Part shown: piece by piece, positions 16,313-25,180 of the stretch | Position numbering within the stretch: position 1 is the stretch's first letter | How the letters are laid out: every line of letters begins with the position of its first letter | Assembly: GCA_031402655.1 (NCBI GenBank) | Contig: JANNSO010000038.1 | Location: 17,260-81,259, forward strand | Source: Spirochaetota bacterium | GTDB lineage: Bacteria > Spirochaetota > Spirochaetia > Treponematales > UBA12059 | Direction of reading: 5' to 3' | DNA: 64,000 bases | Program-made: the position numbers and the translations under genes | The notes under the pieces: generated by a model | Told to the model about the DNA's origin: nothing | Database searches by the model: none | What the model saw: only the letters and a program-made list of their open reading frames with translations

Positions 16313-16546
16313 ATGGCGAAAAACACACTGAAAAATGAGCGCAGGGGTTGGATTCGCAATCGTATCCAGTACTTCGATCCGATGCTCTCGGCATGGCTTA
16401 AGCGCGATACCCAGACAGGCGTAATCCTAGACAGGAAAAAAGGTGAGCCATGGAAAGGAATCCGGCAGGAAACTAGTAGTGCCACGATACTTGTATTCCC
16501 CCAAACACGGGAGGCGGATCGTGGCAATTTGCTCCCCGCCATATAG
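16313..16546 (+). CDS. Hypothetical protein
   Basis: ATG 16313 lies 2 nt after the upstream TAA, with AAAGGAA upstream (MAKNTLKNERRGWIRNRIQYF...). No recognisable domain. Confidence 0.4.
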   Translation: MAKNTLKNERRGWIRNRIQYFDPMLSAWLKRDTQTGVILDRKKGEPWKGIRQETSSATILVFPQTREADRGNLLPAI

Positions 16547-16721
16547 AGAGGATCCAGAATTGGTAATTGAACTTCTAGCCCTTATCGCCGCAATCATCAG
16601 CTTTATCGTTGCACTCCTCAAAGCAGGAGAGAAACCTGAAAGCATACTCAACATGGCCTCAAATAAGTTCGATGTACCGCTCTCAGTCATCGAACGGATT
16701 CTCAAGCTTTTTAACAAGTAA
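16443..16721 (+). CDS. Hypothetical small membrane protein
   Basis: 92-aa ORF with one hydrophobic helix (LLALIAAIISFIVALL). It overlaps the previous ORF in another frame, so the start is uncertain. A hairpin terminator follows. Confidence 0.3.
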   Translation: MSHGKESGRKLVVPRYLYSPKHGRRIVAICSPPYREDPELVIELLALIAAIISFIVALLKAGEKPESILNMASNKFDVPLSVIERILKLFNK

Positions 16722-16723
16722 TA

Positions 16724-16768
16724 TCTATCGCCTGCAGGTTAATCGCCTGCCGGCGATAGGTTTATTTA
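16724..16768 (+). terminator. Candidate intrinsic terminator ending the phage-like cluster
   Basis: Stem CTATCGCC (16724-16731) pairs with GGCGATAG (16751-16758), followed by GTTTATTTAT. The loop is long and the T-run is interrupted. Confidence 0.4.
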
Positions 16769-16880
16769 TGTACCTACTTTGAAATATTCTTAGGATCCCC
16801 AAACCTTCTCTGAGTCTCAAGTGCAGTTTTCTGCAATTCAGATAAGAGTTCATCGGAAAATTGTGAAAGCATGGTATTAA

Positions 16881-17129
16881 CGGTACAGCCAGGACGAACA
16901 AGTAGTCAAGATTGGAGCAGCTGTCATTTTTATGATTTTTGGTCTCATCAGCACCTTCAAAATATTCCGAGAGGAGATGGCAATGAATAGGGGACTTGCA
17001 CTCGTTTGCATCCTCGCATTTATCACTGCCACCGTACTTGCCAGCATCTATATTATTCGAAAGTACCCTACTGTAAAATGTACAACTTTAATTGAAGCTG
17101 CCTGTATCGATAAAAATTCGAACGTATAG
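16881..17129 (+). pseudogene. Possible 3' gene remnant or small membrane ORF
   Basis: The open frame begins right after a TAA at 16878-16880 and reads ...VVKIGAAVIFMIFGLISTFKIFREEMAMNRGLALVCILAFITATVLASIYII.... It consists of hydrophobic helices with no upstream coding context and is followed by a strong terminator. Confidence 0.25.
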
Positions 17130-17148
17130 TTCATCAAAGGTGCCATAC

Positions 17149-17197
17149 AAAACCATCCTGAAATCGATTTCAATTCAGGATGGTTTTTTGTTTTTTT
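17149..17197 (+). terminator. Rho-independent terminator
   Basis: The 12-bp stem AACCATCCTGAA (17151-17162) pairs with TTCAGGATGGTT (17174-17185), followed by TTTTGTTTTTTT. Confidence 0.75.
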
Positions 17198-17410
17198 GCC
17201 TGCAGCGTCCATCAAAAATTTACTTAACTGGCGATACGTTTTGGCGCAAAAAGTCTAAGTGGGCAAACTAAGCCTGCGCATCGATTTGGTTTATGGGCAA
17301 TTCCACAGAAAAACTCAATTTCTCCTTGCTTTAATCTACCACTGTTCTAACGGAGTCGAGGAAATTAACCGGCCACTGTATCCTTTTTCTGGAACTCAGC
17401 AAGTGGAACC

Positions 17411-17439
17411 TTGACAAAAGAAAGGAAAATGAATAACAT
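17411..17439 (+). promoter_or_regulatory. Sigma70-type promoter for the FTR1 gene
   Basis: TTGACA (17411-16), a 17-nt spacer, then TAACAT (17434-39). It sits 48 nt upstream of the ATG. Confidence 0.5.
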
Positions 17440-17445
17440 GATATT

Positions 17446-17464
17446 GATAATGATTATCATTATC
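17446..17464. promoter_or_regulatory. Fur box
   Basis: GATAATGATTATCATTATC matches the classical 19-bp Fur consensus GATAATGATAATCATTATC at 18 of 19 positions. It lies just downstream of the -10 element and 23 nt before the FTR1 start codon. Confidence 0.7.
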
Positions 17465-17486
17465 AATTTTCTTTCAAGGAGATGCT

Positions 17487-18326
17487 ATGAGCGAATTTTT
17501 CCCCGGTCTAATTGTTGGTTTTAGAGAAGGGTTGGAAGCATTCTTAATTGTGGCGATAGCTTTAAGATTTTTAGAAAAGCTTGGAAAACCGGAGCTTAAA
17601 CGAGGAGTCTTTATCGGTTCCGGGATTGGAGCAGTAGTCTCGCTTCTCTTCGGATTGGTATTGTTCGCCTTTAGCAACGTGCTGGGAGGAGCTGGAAACG
17701 CGGGGAAGATATGGGAAGTCATTGCCAGTCTGGCAGCTATGGCATTGGTATCCACTTTTATCGTCTGGATGATTAGACATGGTTCTGAAATCAAGGGAGC
17801 CGTCGAGAGCCGTCTGGGTACCCAGCTTACGGCTAGCGGAGTCTCCCTCATGATTGCCGCCATGGTATTGCGGGAAGGAGTGGAAATCGTCTTGTTCAGT
17901 TTCGCCGGCACCTATCCGCCACTGTCTTTATTCATAGGTATCATGGCAGCCCTGGTATTGGTTGCAATGGTATTCTACTCACTGGTCAAGTTTTCCCTAT
18001 CGGCGATTTTTAACCTTACCCTTGCTTATCTTATACTGCAAGCTGGGTTCCTGCTCGGCTACGGCCTGCACGAAGCCTTGTCAGCCTTGAAAAATTCAGG
18101 AGCGCTCGAGGCCACACACCCGATACTCATAAAAGCCTTTGATCTATCATCCACTGCCTTTAATCACAAAACCGGTTGGTTGGGCATACCACTCTATGCC
18201 TTGGTCGGGTGGTACTCAAAACCGGAGTGGCTTCAGTTCATCGTGCAATATCTGTATACCGGCCTTATGGTCGCATATTGGCTGGCGCTGCGATATGGAA
18301 AGAAAAAAAGCACTCTCTCCCGCTAG
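17487..18326 (+). CDS. FTR1/EfeU-family high-affinity iron permease
   Basis: 279-aa polytopic membrane protein with two RExxE motifs (FREGLEAFLIV near the N-terminus, LREGVEIVLF mid-protein). Confidence 0.85.
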   Translation: MSEFFPGLIVGFREGLEAFLIVAIALRFLEKLGKPELKRGVFIGSGIGAVVSLLFGLVLFAFSNVLGGAGNAGKIWEVIASLAAMALVSTFIVWMIRHGSEIKGAVESRLGTQLTASGVSLMIAAMVLREGVEIVLFSFAGTYPPLSLFIGIMAALVLVAMVFYSLVKFSLSAIFNLTLAYLILQAGFLLGYGLHEALSALKNSGALEATHPILIKAFDLSSTAFNHKTGWLGIPLYALVGWYSKPEWLQFIVQYLYTGLMVAYWLALRYGKKKSTLSR

Positions 18327-18691
18327 GAAATTCACTCGGAAGCGCTTCCGCGATCATTCAAGTTTCCCCAGTATGGATGCATGCTATCCTTTGGGGAACC
18401 GTATCCGGAAGCAGCTCCCTTTTTCCAAGGAGAATTCAAATGCTCCTGAAAACCTGCTTTGATAAAAGCGCTTGCCGATGTACCCGAAGAGTATGTTCCA
18501 GGTGAATGGGAATACAGTTGCGGTCTACATCGATTCGGTACTGGTTTTTTTTCTATACATCCGGCTGTATTTTTTAAGATTTGGAGGGATTTGATGCGAC
18601 GACACTTTAGAACTGCTTTCCCAAAGCTGGTTTTTATTTTCTTTTTTGTTTTCTGGATACTCGCATCTACTTAAGGTGACGAAGTTTATTT

Positions 18692-19165
18692 TTCTACTTA
18701 TGGGCAGGCCTTGGGCTCAGGCCCTTCGACGCAGTAAGCAGCGCCACTAAAGCGGGAAGAAATGTATCCTTTTCGGGAGAGCAATCTTATATTAACATTT
18801 ACCTTCTTACCGAAAAAGGTGCCTACAAATACCAACCTGAGACTCAGGCTCTTAAGTTTATCAAAACGGGAGATTTACGAGCGCTTATTTCTCAGGCAAC
18901 TATCCCTAATGCAGCGACAATGCTTGTTTATACTGTGGACAATGCCTTGACTCCATCCTTTCTAAAATCGAATCCCGCAACATTCATGCTAATGTCACAT
19001 GCCACGGCTAGCTTCGCAGCGCAAAATTTATCCCTTGCGGCATCAGCGAGAAAGCTCGCATCCATAATTCAATATTCACTAAAGGCTCAAGGGGCAATCG
19101 ACACATAGGGACTAGCAAAGGAAGAAATCCCTTTATTTATCCAGCAGATTGGATTCACAGAATAA
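18692..19165 (+). pseudogene. 5'-truncated nitroreductase-like pseudogene (paralogue of 25420-26070)
   Basis: Aligns codon-for-codon, without indels, to the C-terminal 157 codons of the 216-aa gene at 25420-26070 on the opposite strand. The first ~58 codons are missing and there is an upstream in-frame TGA at 18677. An internal TAG replaces TTG 19 codons before the normal stop (...AIDT*GLAKEE...). Confidence 0.8.
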
Positions 19166-19228
19166 TCGACCTTGTGTCGGTATTAGTCAGGAAAAAGCAG
19201 AACCGCATTCAAAGGCAGAAAGCGGTCC
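18692..19228. repeat. Left arm of a 537-bp inverted repeat (partner 25357-25893)
   Basis: By hand alignment I count about 43 mismatches and no indels over the 474-nt coding part. Homology continues ~60 nt past the stop into the terminator stem. Confidence 0.8.
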
Positions 19229-19762
19229 CGGCCTGACATCCCGCGGGGAATAGAGCCGCGGGAGGGGATATCTGGAGTCGAAGTAGCCTGCCGGTCAACA
19301 ATACAACTGAAGCTACTGCCCATTAAGCCCTAGAGCATATAAAGTGTCAAACTTTGGATGATGCACTGTAATTACATACATTACATTGCATTATCTAATT
19401 TTCTATAGGTTATATAATTATATTTCATGGGTTCCATAGGCACCGCTGGAATGGCATGCTTTGGCACCGGAATCTGCTCACACAAGTGCTCACAAGGAAA
19501 TAATGGGGTAAATTAACTGTTAGCCAAAAAAAGTTTCTAGTATTTCCCAGGATATCGATAGAAAGAGGTGTTTTTTTTGAATAACTGACTTCTCTGACGA
19601 TCATTTCAAACTGGCTACTAGTCTCGGTGATTGTGAACCTGGAGTGAAAGAACGGAGCGCTTACTGTGAATTGAAGGAATTTTGGGCATCCGTGTATTGT
19701 AGCTGGCCAAATTCGCTCATATACTGTGAAGGTATATATAGTAGAAATGCTTTTTATGTCCT

Positions 19763-21949
19763 TTGGAGGATCTAGTGCGCAGAAGCAGACTTGGAACAAA
19801 AATCGCTTTGTTGGTTGCGGCGGTTGTGCTTGCAGCCTTATCCATAACCATAGGTTTCATAGCCCTTACAATACAAACTTCGGCTCGAGAATCCGCGCTC
19901 AGCGAAGCACGTGGCTTAGCGACGACGCAAGCGGCGATTGCCTCGTCGGAATTCACTTTGGTACGAACCTCAATGACCGAGTTGGCGCGGATATTCAGCA
20001 TATATAAAAGCTTTCCCGATAGTCATACCATCAGGTTGATCGAGGAAATGCTCCGGGCGACGCTCGCGGATGAACCGCGGATTATTAACGCATGGGTAAT
20101 ACTGCTTCCGGGAATGATCGAGCAGGATTCCTATTTTCGTACTGGTTGGCACCGGATGGATGGCATGATAAGCAAGCAGGAAGCTTCAGCGGAAGAGCTC
20201 CCGCAAATATTCTCGGATGTACAGAAGACCGGGAAATCATGGATCGCCGAGCCTTATGAAATCAAGGAAATCTCAGGCGATATGGCAATGGGTTCCAGCT
20301 CGATGCAGCTTGCAAGCAGTATAGCGGTTCCCATCCTAGATGAAAGCGGGAAGACGGTCGGAATCGTAGGCGCGGATTTTACCCTTGCGTTTCTCCAGAA
20401 AAAGATCGGGACCGTCGCTGTGTTTGACAGCGGTTATGGAGAGCTTCTTACGAGTAAGGGAATGGTCACTACGTCTAATCAGCTGGATCGCATCGGTAAA
20501 ATCGCCCATGAAATCGAGGATGAGTCTAACGCATCGGTGCTTGCCGCGATAGGGGGCGGTAGCGGGTATGGGTTCGTCTCGAAGGCCGATCAGCATGGTG
20601 GTTCCGCCTTTAAATATCTCGCTCCGGTATCAACGGGAGAAGCCTCCGCGCTATGGAGTTTCCTGATCGTGGTTCCGTATTCTGAAGTCATGGTCGAGGT
20701 CTATCGGCTCGTCGGAATCATCGTGATCGTGGGAATTGTCGCCCTCGTCGCGATGGTACTGATCATAGCCTTCCTCGTTACGGCCTTGATACGTCCCCTC
20801 GACTCGATGGTTCAGGTTTTGAAGGAAATCGCGGATGGCCAAGGAGATTTGACAAAGAAAATCGAATCCCGCCGAAAGGACGAAATCGGTTTCCTGGCGC
20901 AGCATTTCAACCGTTTCAGCTCATCGCTCGCGGCTTCGATAGGCTTGATTGTCATGTCCGCAGAACGCCTGATCGGAACCGGTCGCGACCTCGAAAAAAA
21001 CATGGGTACCGTATTCTCCGCCATAACCGAGATCGCAGCGAACGCTCATAAGATGAAGGAAGGATCCGAAAGGCAGGCGAGCAGCGTGGCCCTGACTTCC
21101 GATGCCACCGGCCTGATCCTCGAAAGAATCGAGCGCCTCAAGCTTCTCGTGAAGGGACAATCCGCGAGCGTCCTGCAGTCTTCGGCATCAATAGAGGAAA
21201 TGATAGCGAATATCGTGTCGATGGCTACAAACGCGGAATCCGCCGGTGGCCATTACGCGAGCCTGGTCGGGGCCTCGGAAAAGGGCACGGACGTAATCGC
21301 GGACGTAAGCAGGCAAGTGAAGGAAATCGCCAACCAATCGGCTGCCTTAAGCGAAGCTAATGAAATAATTGCGGCGATTGCCTCGAAGACGAATCTCTTG
21401 GCGATGAATGCGGCCATCGAGGCCGCACATGCGGGAGATTATGGAAAGGGATTCGCGGTCGTTGCGGATGAGATTCGCAATCTCGCCGAGAGTTCCGCGA
21501 CCCAATCCATGGGCATCGGGAACAGTATCAAAGGCATTCAGTCATCCATTACCGCAGTCGTTTATTCTTCGTCAATAGCGGAAGATACGTTCTCTGATGT
21601 GCGAAGCCGGATAACGTTACTCTACTCCCTTCAGGATGAATTGAAGAGCGCGCTGCTCGAGCAGAAGCAAGGCTCGGCTTCGACCTTGGAGTCCCTTGCC
21701 TCAATACGCGATACGACCGCTGAAGTCGATTCGTCCGCAGGCGAGATGAGGGATGCCTGCGCGAAAGTTGCGAACGAAATGACCGCCCTCGTCGCTGCAA
21801 GCGTCGAGTTTAATCGCGGCGTAGAGGAAATCGCGCTTGGTGCATCGGAAATCGATCGGAGCCTCGCCACTACTGCGGACCTGACGCGCATGAACCGAGG
21901 GAATATCGACGAAGTCGTCCAAGTGACAAGGGCATTCAAGATTAAATGA
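19763..21949 (+). CDS. Methyl-accepting chemotaxis protein (Cache-type periplasmic sensor, HAMP, MCP signalling domain)
   Basis: There are two TM segments around a ~280-aa periplasmic region. HAMP motif: [23 protein letters not shown]. The signalling hairpin is highly conserved: [40 protein letters not shown]. The start may be GTG 19775 after GGAGGA rather than TTG 19763. Confidence 0.9.
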   Translation: MEDLVRRSRLGTKIALLVAAVVLAALSITIGFIALTIQTSARESALSEARGLATTQAAIASSEFTLVRTSMTELARIFSIYKSFPDSHTIRLIEEMLRATLADEPRIINAWVILLPGMIEQDSYFRTGWHRMDGMISKQEASAEELPQIFSDVQKTGKSWIAEPYEIKEISGDMAMGSSSMQLASSIAVPILDESGKTVGIVGADFTLAFLQKKIGTVAVFDSGYGELLTSKGMVTTSNQLDRIGKIAHEIEDESNASVLAAIGGGSGYGFVSKADQHGGSAFKYLAPVSTGEASALWSFLIVVPYSEVMVEVYRLVGIIVIVGIVALVAMVLIIAFLVTALIRPLDSMVQVLKEIADGQGDLTKKIESRRKDEIGFLAQHFNRFSSSLAASIGLIVMSAERLIGTGRDLEKNMGTVFSAITEIAANAHKMKEGSERQASSVALTSDATGLILERIERLKLLVKGQSASVLQSSASIEEMIANIVSMATNAESAGGHYASLVGASEKGTDVIADVSRQVKEIANQSAALSEANEIIAAIASKTNLLAMNAAIEAAHAGDYGKGFAVVADEIRNLAESSATQSMGIGNSIKGIQSSITAVVYSSSIAEDTFSDVRSRITLLYSLQDELKSALLEQKQGSASTLESLASIRDTTAEVDSSAGEMRDACAKVANEMTALVAASVEFNRGVEEIALGASEIDRSLATTADLTRMNRGNIDEVVQVTRAFKIK

Positions 21950-23238
21950 GCATTTTTAAAATAATCTCCCGTCATAGGGCCAGACTCGGGCGCAATGTCC
22001 TGATTGAGTTTTCATTACTCATGTTTTCGGTTATCCTGGTTACTTCGGCTACTCTCGGATATGTGCTTACGGGATTCGTGCGGGGACATGTCATACGTAT
22101 GCATGGCTCTTTCTATGCGCAAGGCCTGACGACTGTTTTCCCCCAATTCCTGGAAAGCGAAAACGAGGAGCAATTTAAGGCAATTGTCGCTCGTTTTGAA
22201 TTATCTGGTAGCTTGCCTCATGTCGAAGAACTGGCGATTTGGGATTCCACTGGAACCCAGGTCTTCGGCGACCTAGGCGAAAATAAGACAAAAGAGCTTG
22301 ATCTGATGGTTCGCGGCGCTTTAAACGGACTGATCCAGTACTCATACCAACGTGGGAATTTCCTGAATAGCGGCGTCGGAAACCATAAGGAATTATTTCT
22401 TTACCTGCCGATTACAGATGCCTTTTTCAAGGTGATAGGTATCGTCGGCTTAAGGGAATCCGATGACGCCTTGATCGATGACTTGTCTGCTGCCAGCGCG
22501 AAGATCGTCTTGTACGTCGTGCTCGCTGGGTTCCTTATATATGTAAGCCTATTCATATCATTTTACCATGCCTACAACCGCCAGCTCCTGATTAGCGAGC
22601 GGCTACAGAAGTCCCAGGATAGCATTATTTTTGCGATGTCCAGCCTCTCGAGCTTACGTGATCAGGAAACCGGCGGGCATCTGGAACGTTGTAGGGCCTA
22701 TGTAGGCTTGCTTGCTTCGAAACTCATAGGCGAACCCAAATATAAAGAATACGTCGATGATCAGTATATCCGGGATCTTGCGAGCATCGCCCCGCTGCAT
22801 GATATCGGAAAAGTGGGTATAGAGGATTCGATTCTGAGGAAGCCGGGAAAGTTGACCGATTGCGAATTTGATGTCATGAAGACGCACTCCGCGCTCGGTT
22901 CTGAAATATTGCAAAAAGCGCGTGAGCAGCTTCCGTTCAACTCGCAGCTTGAATTGGCGGTAGACTTGACTCGCCATCATCATGAACGCTGGGACGGCAA
23001 GGGATATCCTTCCGGTCTCGCCGGCGCTTCCATTCCACTGTCCGCGAGGATAATGGCGCTCGCCGACGTCTATGATGCGCTGAGATCCGAGCGTTACTAC
23101 AAGAAAGGGATGTCCCATATCGACGCGGTGAAGATTATCGAATCGGGCAGCGGAAGCCAGTTCGATCCGTTATTGGTTTCTGTATTCTTGAAGAATCATG
23201 TTGAATTTGAATCGATATTTATGGGTTTAGCCATTTGA
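21946..23238 (+). CDS. Membrane-anchored HD-GYP domain protein (c-di-GMP phosphodiesterase family)
   Basis: 430 aa. Two TM helices flank a ~150-aa external domain. HD-GYP signatures are LHDIGKVGI and [14 protein letters not shown]. The ATG overlaps the MCP stop (ATGA, 21946-21949). Confidence 0.85.
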   Translation: MSIFKIISRHRARLGRNVLIEFSLLMFSVILVTSATLGYVLTGFVRGHVIRMHGSFYAQGLTTVFPQFLESENEEQFKAIVARFELSGSLPHVEELAIWDSTGTQVFGDLGENKTKELDLMVRGALNGLIQYSYQRGNFLNSGVGNHKELFLYLPITDAFFKVIGIVGLRESDDALIDDLSAASAKIVLYVVLAGFLIYVSLFISFYHAYNRQLLISERLQKSQDSIIFAMSSLSSLRDQETGGHLERCRAYVGLLASKLIGEPKYKEYVDDQYIRDLASIAPLHDIGKVGIEDSILRKPGKLTDCEFDVMKTHSALGSEILQKAREQLPFNSQLELAVDLTRHHHERWDGKGYPSGLAGASIPLSARIMALADVYDALRSERYYKKGMSHIDAVKIIESGSGSQFDPLLVSVFLKNHVEFESIFMGLAI

Positions 23239-23484
23239 AATACATGGATTTTTGACAAATCAGCATTAAAAAATATTACTTAGCGATTCGGGCGAAAATA
23301 ACTTTCCGCGGAAACGATGCTTCTTTGGCTCCAGGTTCTGCTCTTGCAGCCGGAAAAGAAGACCGCCATGTCCATGACTTCAGCAAAACTGGCACGAAAA
23401 TTCCAGTTTTCCATCTCCTGAAGATTGAACTCGATGCATGCACACCCCGACGGGAGCAATAAAATTTAATAAGCTGCGGTAAAA

Positions 23485-23513
23485 TTGACGAATACGCTAG
23501 GCCTGCGTATCTT
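23485..23513 (+). promoter_or_regulatory. Sigma70-type promoter with embedded dyad ATACGC-N7-GCGTAT upstream of the multicopper oxidase
   Basis: TTGACG (23485-90), a 17-nt spacer, then TATCTT (23508-13). The dyad arms lie at 23492-97 and 23505-10. The RBS GGGAGGAG is at 23517-24 and the ATG at 23531. Confidence 0.45.
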
Positions 23514-23530
23514 GTAGGGAGGAGATTACT

Positions 23531-24904
23531 ATGAACTCAAAATTTCTTTTAACCATCGCCTTGACGGCGGTTTTTTTTGCCGGTACGAACGCCAGTGCAC
23601 TCAGCGTCAAGCTCGACATCAAAGAAAGCTTGGTTGAATTGAGCCCTGGACTGAAAACCAAGGTCTGGTCCTACAATGGTTCGGTTCCCGGCACCCCCAT
23701 AATTTTAAACGTTGGCGATGAACTTACCCTCGAAGCAGTAAACCATTTGCCGGTGGCCACCAGCATCCACTGGCACGGAATGGAAGTGCCGAACGACCAG
23801 GATGGGACAATGGCTGCCATTGAACCTGGGAAGACGGTTATCTATCGCTTCAAAGTCACAACCCCGGGTACTTACTGGTTTCACAGTCACACCCGACCCG
23901 TCCTTGATCAGGTTGACATGGGTCTCTACGGAGCTTTTATCGTCAAGGCTCCGGAAGATTCCCAATATACCTCGGACCAAACGTTCCTCCTTGACGATTG
24001 GTTCCTCGGAGCCCGAGGCGAAAGGTTGAAGGGTACCGCCCGGGGTGGGATGGAACGTCTGGGTAACATCGAGACTGTCAATGGAAAGACGGGCGATGCC
24101 ATCCTTCCCTTGAACGTGAAACAGGGGGAGCTTCACAAGTTACGGTTTATCAATGCATCTACGGCGGCTGTTCATACCCTCAAACTGTCCCAAGGGAAAT
24201 TTCGGGTCACTCACACCGACGGACATCCCCTGACACAACCGTATTTTACTGACACATTGGTGATTCAGCCCGCCGAACGTTTTGACGTGGAATACTCGGC
24301 GACCGGAATACCCCGGAGCAAGCAAATGATTGAATCGGCAGACCGGGACCTCGGTCTTTCAATCCCCATTGTCTACGGCTCTGGCAGTCAGGTCCAGCAG
24401 GCTTCCCCGTATATCCCACCGGCCTCGAGAGCGTTTGCAGGGATCGGGGCAAAGAAGCCTGACTTTACCTTGGTTCTCAATTCACAGATGGCTATGACAA
24501 TGGCCAAGGACGACGGGATAGGAATGGGCGGAATGATGATGATGGACCACGGCTCGGGTACCATGCCCATGGAATGGACCATCAATGGAAAAACGTTCCC
24601 CAACGCCGATCCTTTGACCGCGAAGGTTGGCCAGATCATCAAGGTTAAGTTCGTGAACAACGACACCCAGATGATGCATAAGATGGATCACCCGATCCAT
24701 CTCCATGGCACCTACTTTCAAGTCGTCAGTATCAACGGAAAAGCACCCGAACGCGAAACATGGAAGGACACAATCTCAGTACCGGCTGGCGGCAGCGTTG
24801 AAATCGCCTTTCAGTTCAAGAACCCTGGGGACTGGATGCTTCATTGCCACATCCTGGATCACGAGGACAACGGAATGATGACGGCCGTAAAGGTGAAGGA
24901 ATAA
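23531..24904 (+). CDS. Multicopper oxidase (CopA/CueO-like, Met-rich insert)
   Basis: 457 aa with signal peptide MNSKFLLTIALTAVFFAGTNASA. Copper ligand motifs are SIHWHGMEV, YWFHSH, HPIHLHG and HCHILDHEDNGMM. The Met-rich segment is MAMTMAKDDGIGMGGMMMMDHGSGTMPME. Confidence 0.9.
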   Translation: MNSKFLLTIALTAVFFAGTNASALSVKLDIKESLVELSPGLKTKVWSYNGSVPGTPIILNVGDELTLEAVNHLPVATSIHWHGMEVPNDQDGTMAAIEPGKTVIYRFKVTTPGTYWFHSHTRPVLDQVDMGLYGAFIVKAPEDSQYTSDQTFLLDDWFLGARGERLKGTARGGMERLGNIETVNGKTGDAILPLNVKQGELHKLRFINASTAAVHTLKLSQGKFRVTHTDGHPLTQPYFTDTLVIQPAERFDVEYSATGIPRSKQMIESADRDLGLSIPIVYGSGSQVQQASPYIPPASRAFAGIGAKKPDFTLVLNSQMAMTMAKDDGIGMGGMMMMDHGSGTMPMEWTINGKTFPNADPLTAKVGQIIKVKFVNNDTQMMHKMDHPIHLHGTYFQVVSINGKAPERETWKDTISVPAGGSVEIAFQFKNPGDWMLHCHILDHEDNGMMTAVKVKE

Positions 24905-24945
24905 CGGAACAGGATGGAAACCTGTGTCCAGGCTAGATCAATAGC

Positions 24946-25117
24946 ATAATGGCGCTCGCCGACGTCTATGACGCGTTAAGGTCTGAGCGTTACTATAAAA
25001 AAGGAATGGACCATCGTGAGGCTGTGGAAATCATCGAAACCAGCAGCGGAAGTCAATTCGACCCTTTGCTGGTTTCTGTCTTCATCAAACATCATGGTGA
25101 CTTTGATTTTTTTTAAG
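24946..25117 (+). pseudogene. Orphan 3' fragment of an HD-GYP gene
   Basis: Reads [56 protein letters not shown]. This parallels residues ...[51 protein letters not shown]... of the intact gene at 21946-23238. There is no upstream coding sequence. Confidence 0.8.
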
Positions 25118-25180
25118 GAAAAACATTTTACATAGCATATCCAAGAATATTGTTATTTTTAATTCAGGTATAAATTATGG

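Noticed and set aside
17474-17911. 145-aa minus-strand ORF overlapping the FTR1 gene
   Set aside because: It is antisense to a permease with two RExxE motifs and a Fur-box promoter, so the plus-strand gene explains the region.
19440-19500. Sigma54-like motifs (TGGCAT-GCTTTGGCA and TGGCAC-CGGAATCTGCT) and short direct repeats (TGCTCACA twice) upstream of the MCP gene
   Set aside because: The GG-to-GC spacing is off by one from the -24/-12 consensus in both candidates. The motifs also lie ~300 nt from the start codon. No enhancer-binding protein gene is nearby. I cannot support a promoter call.
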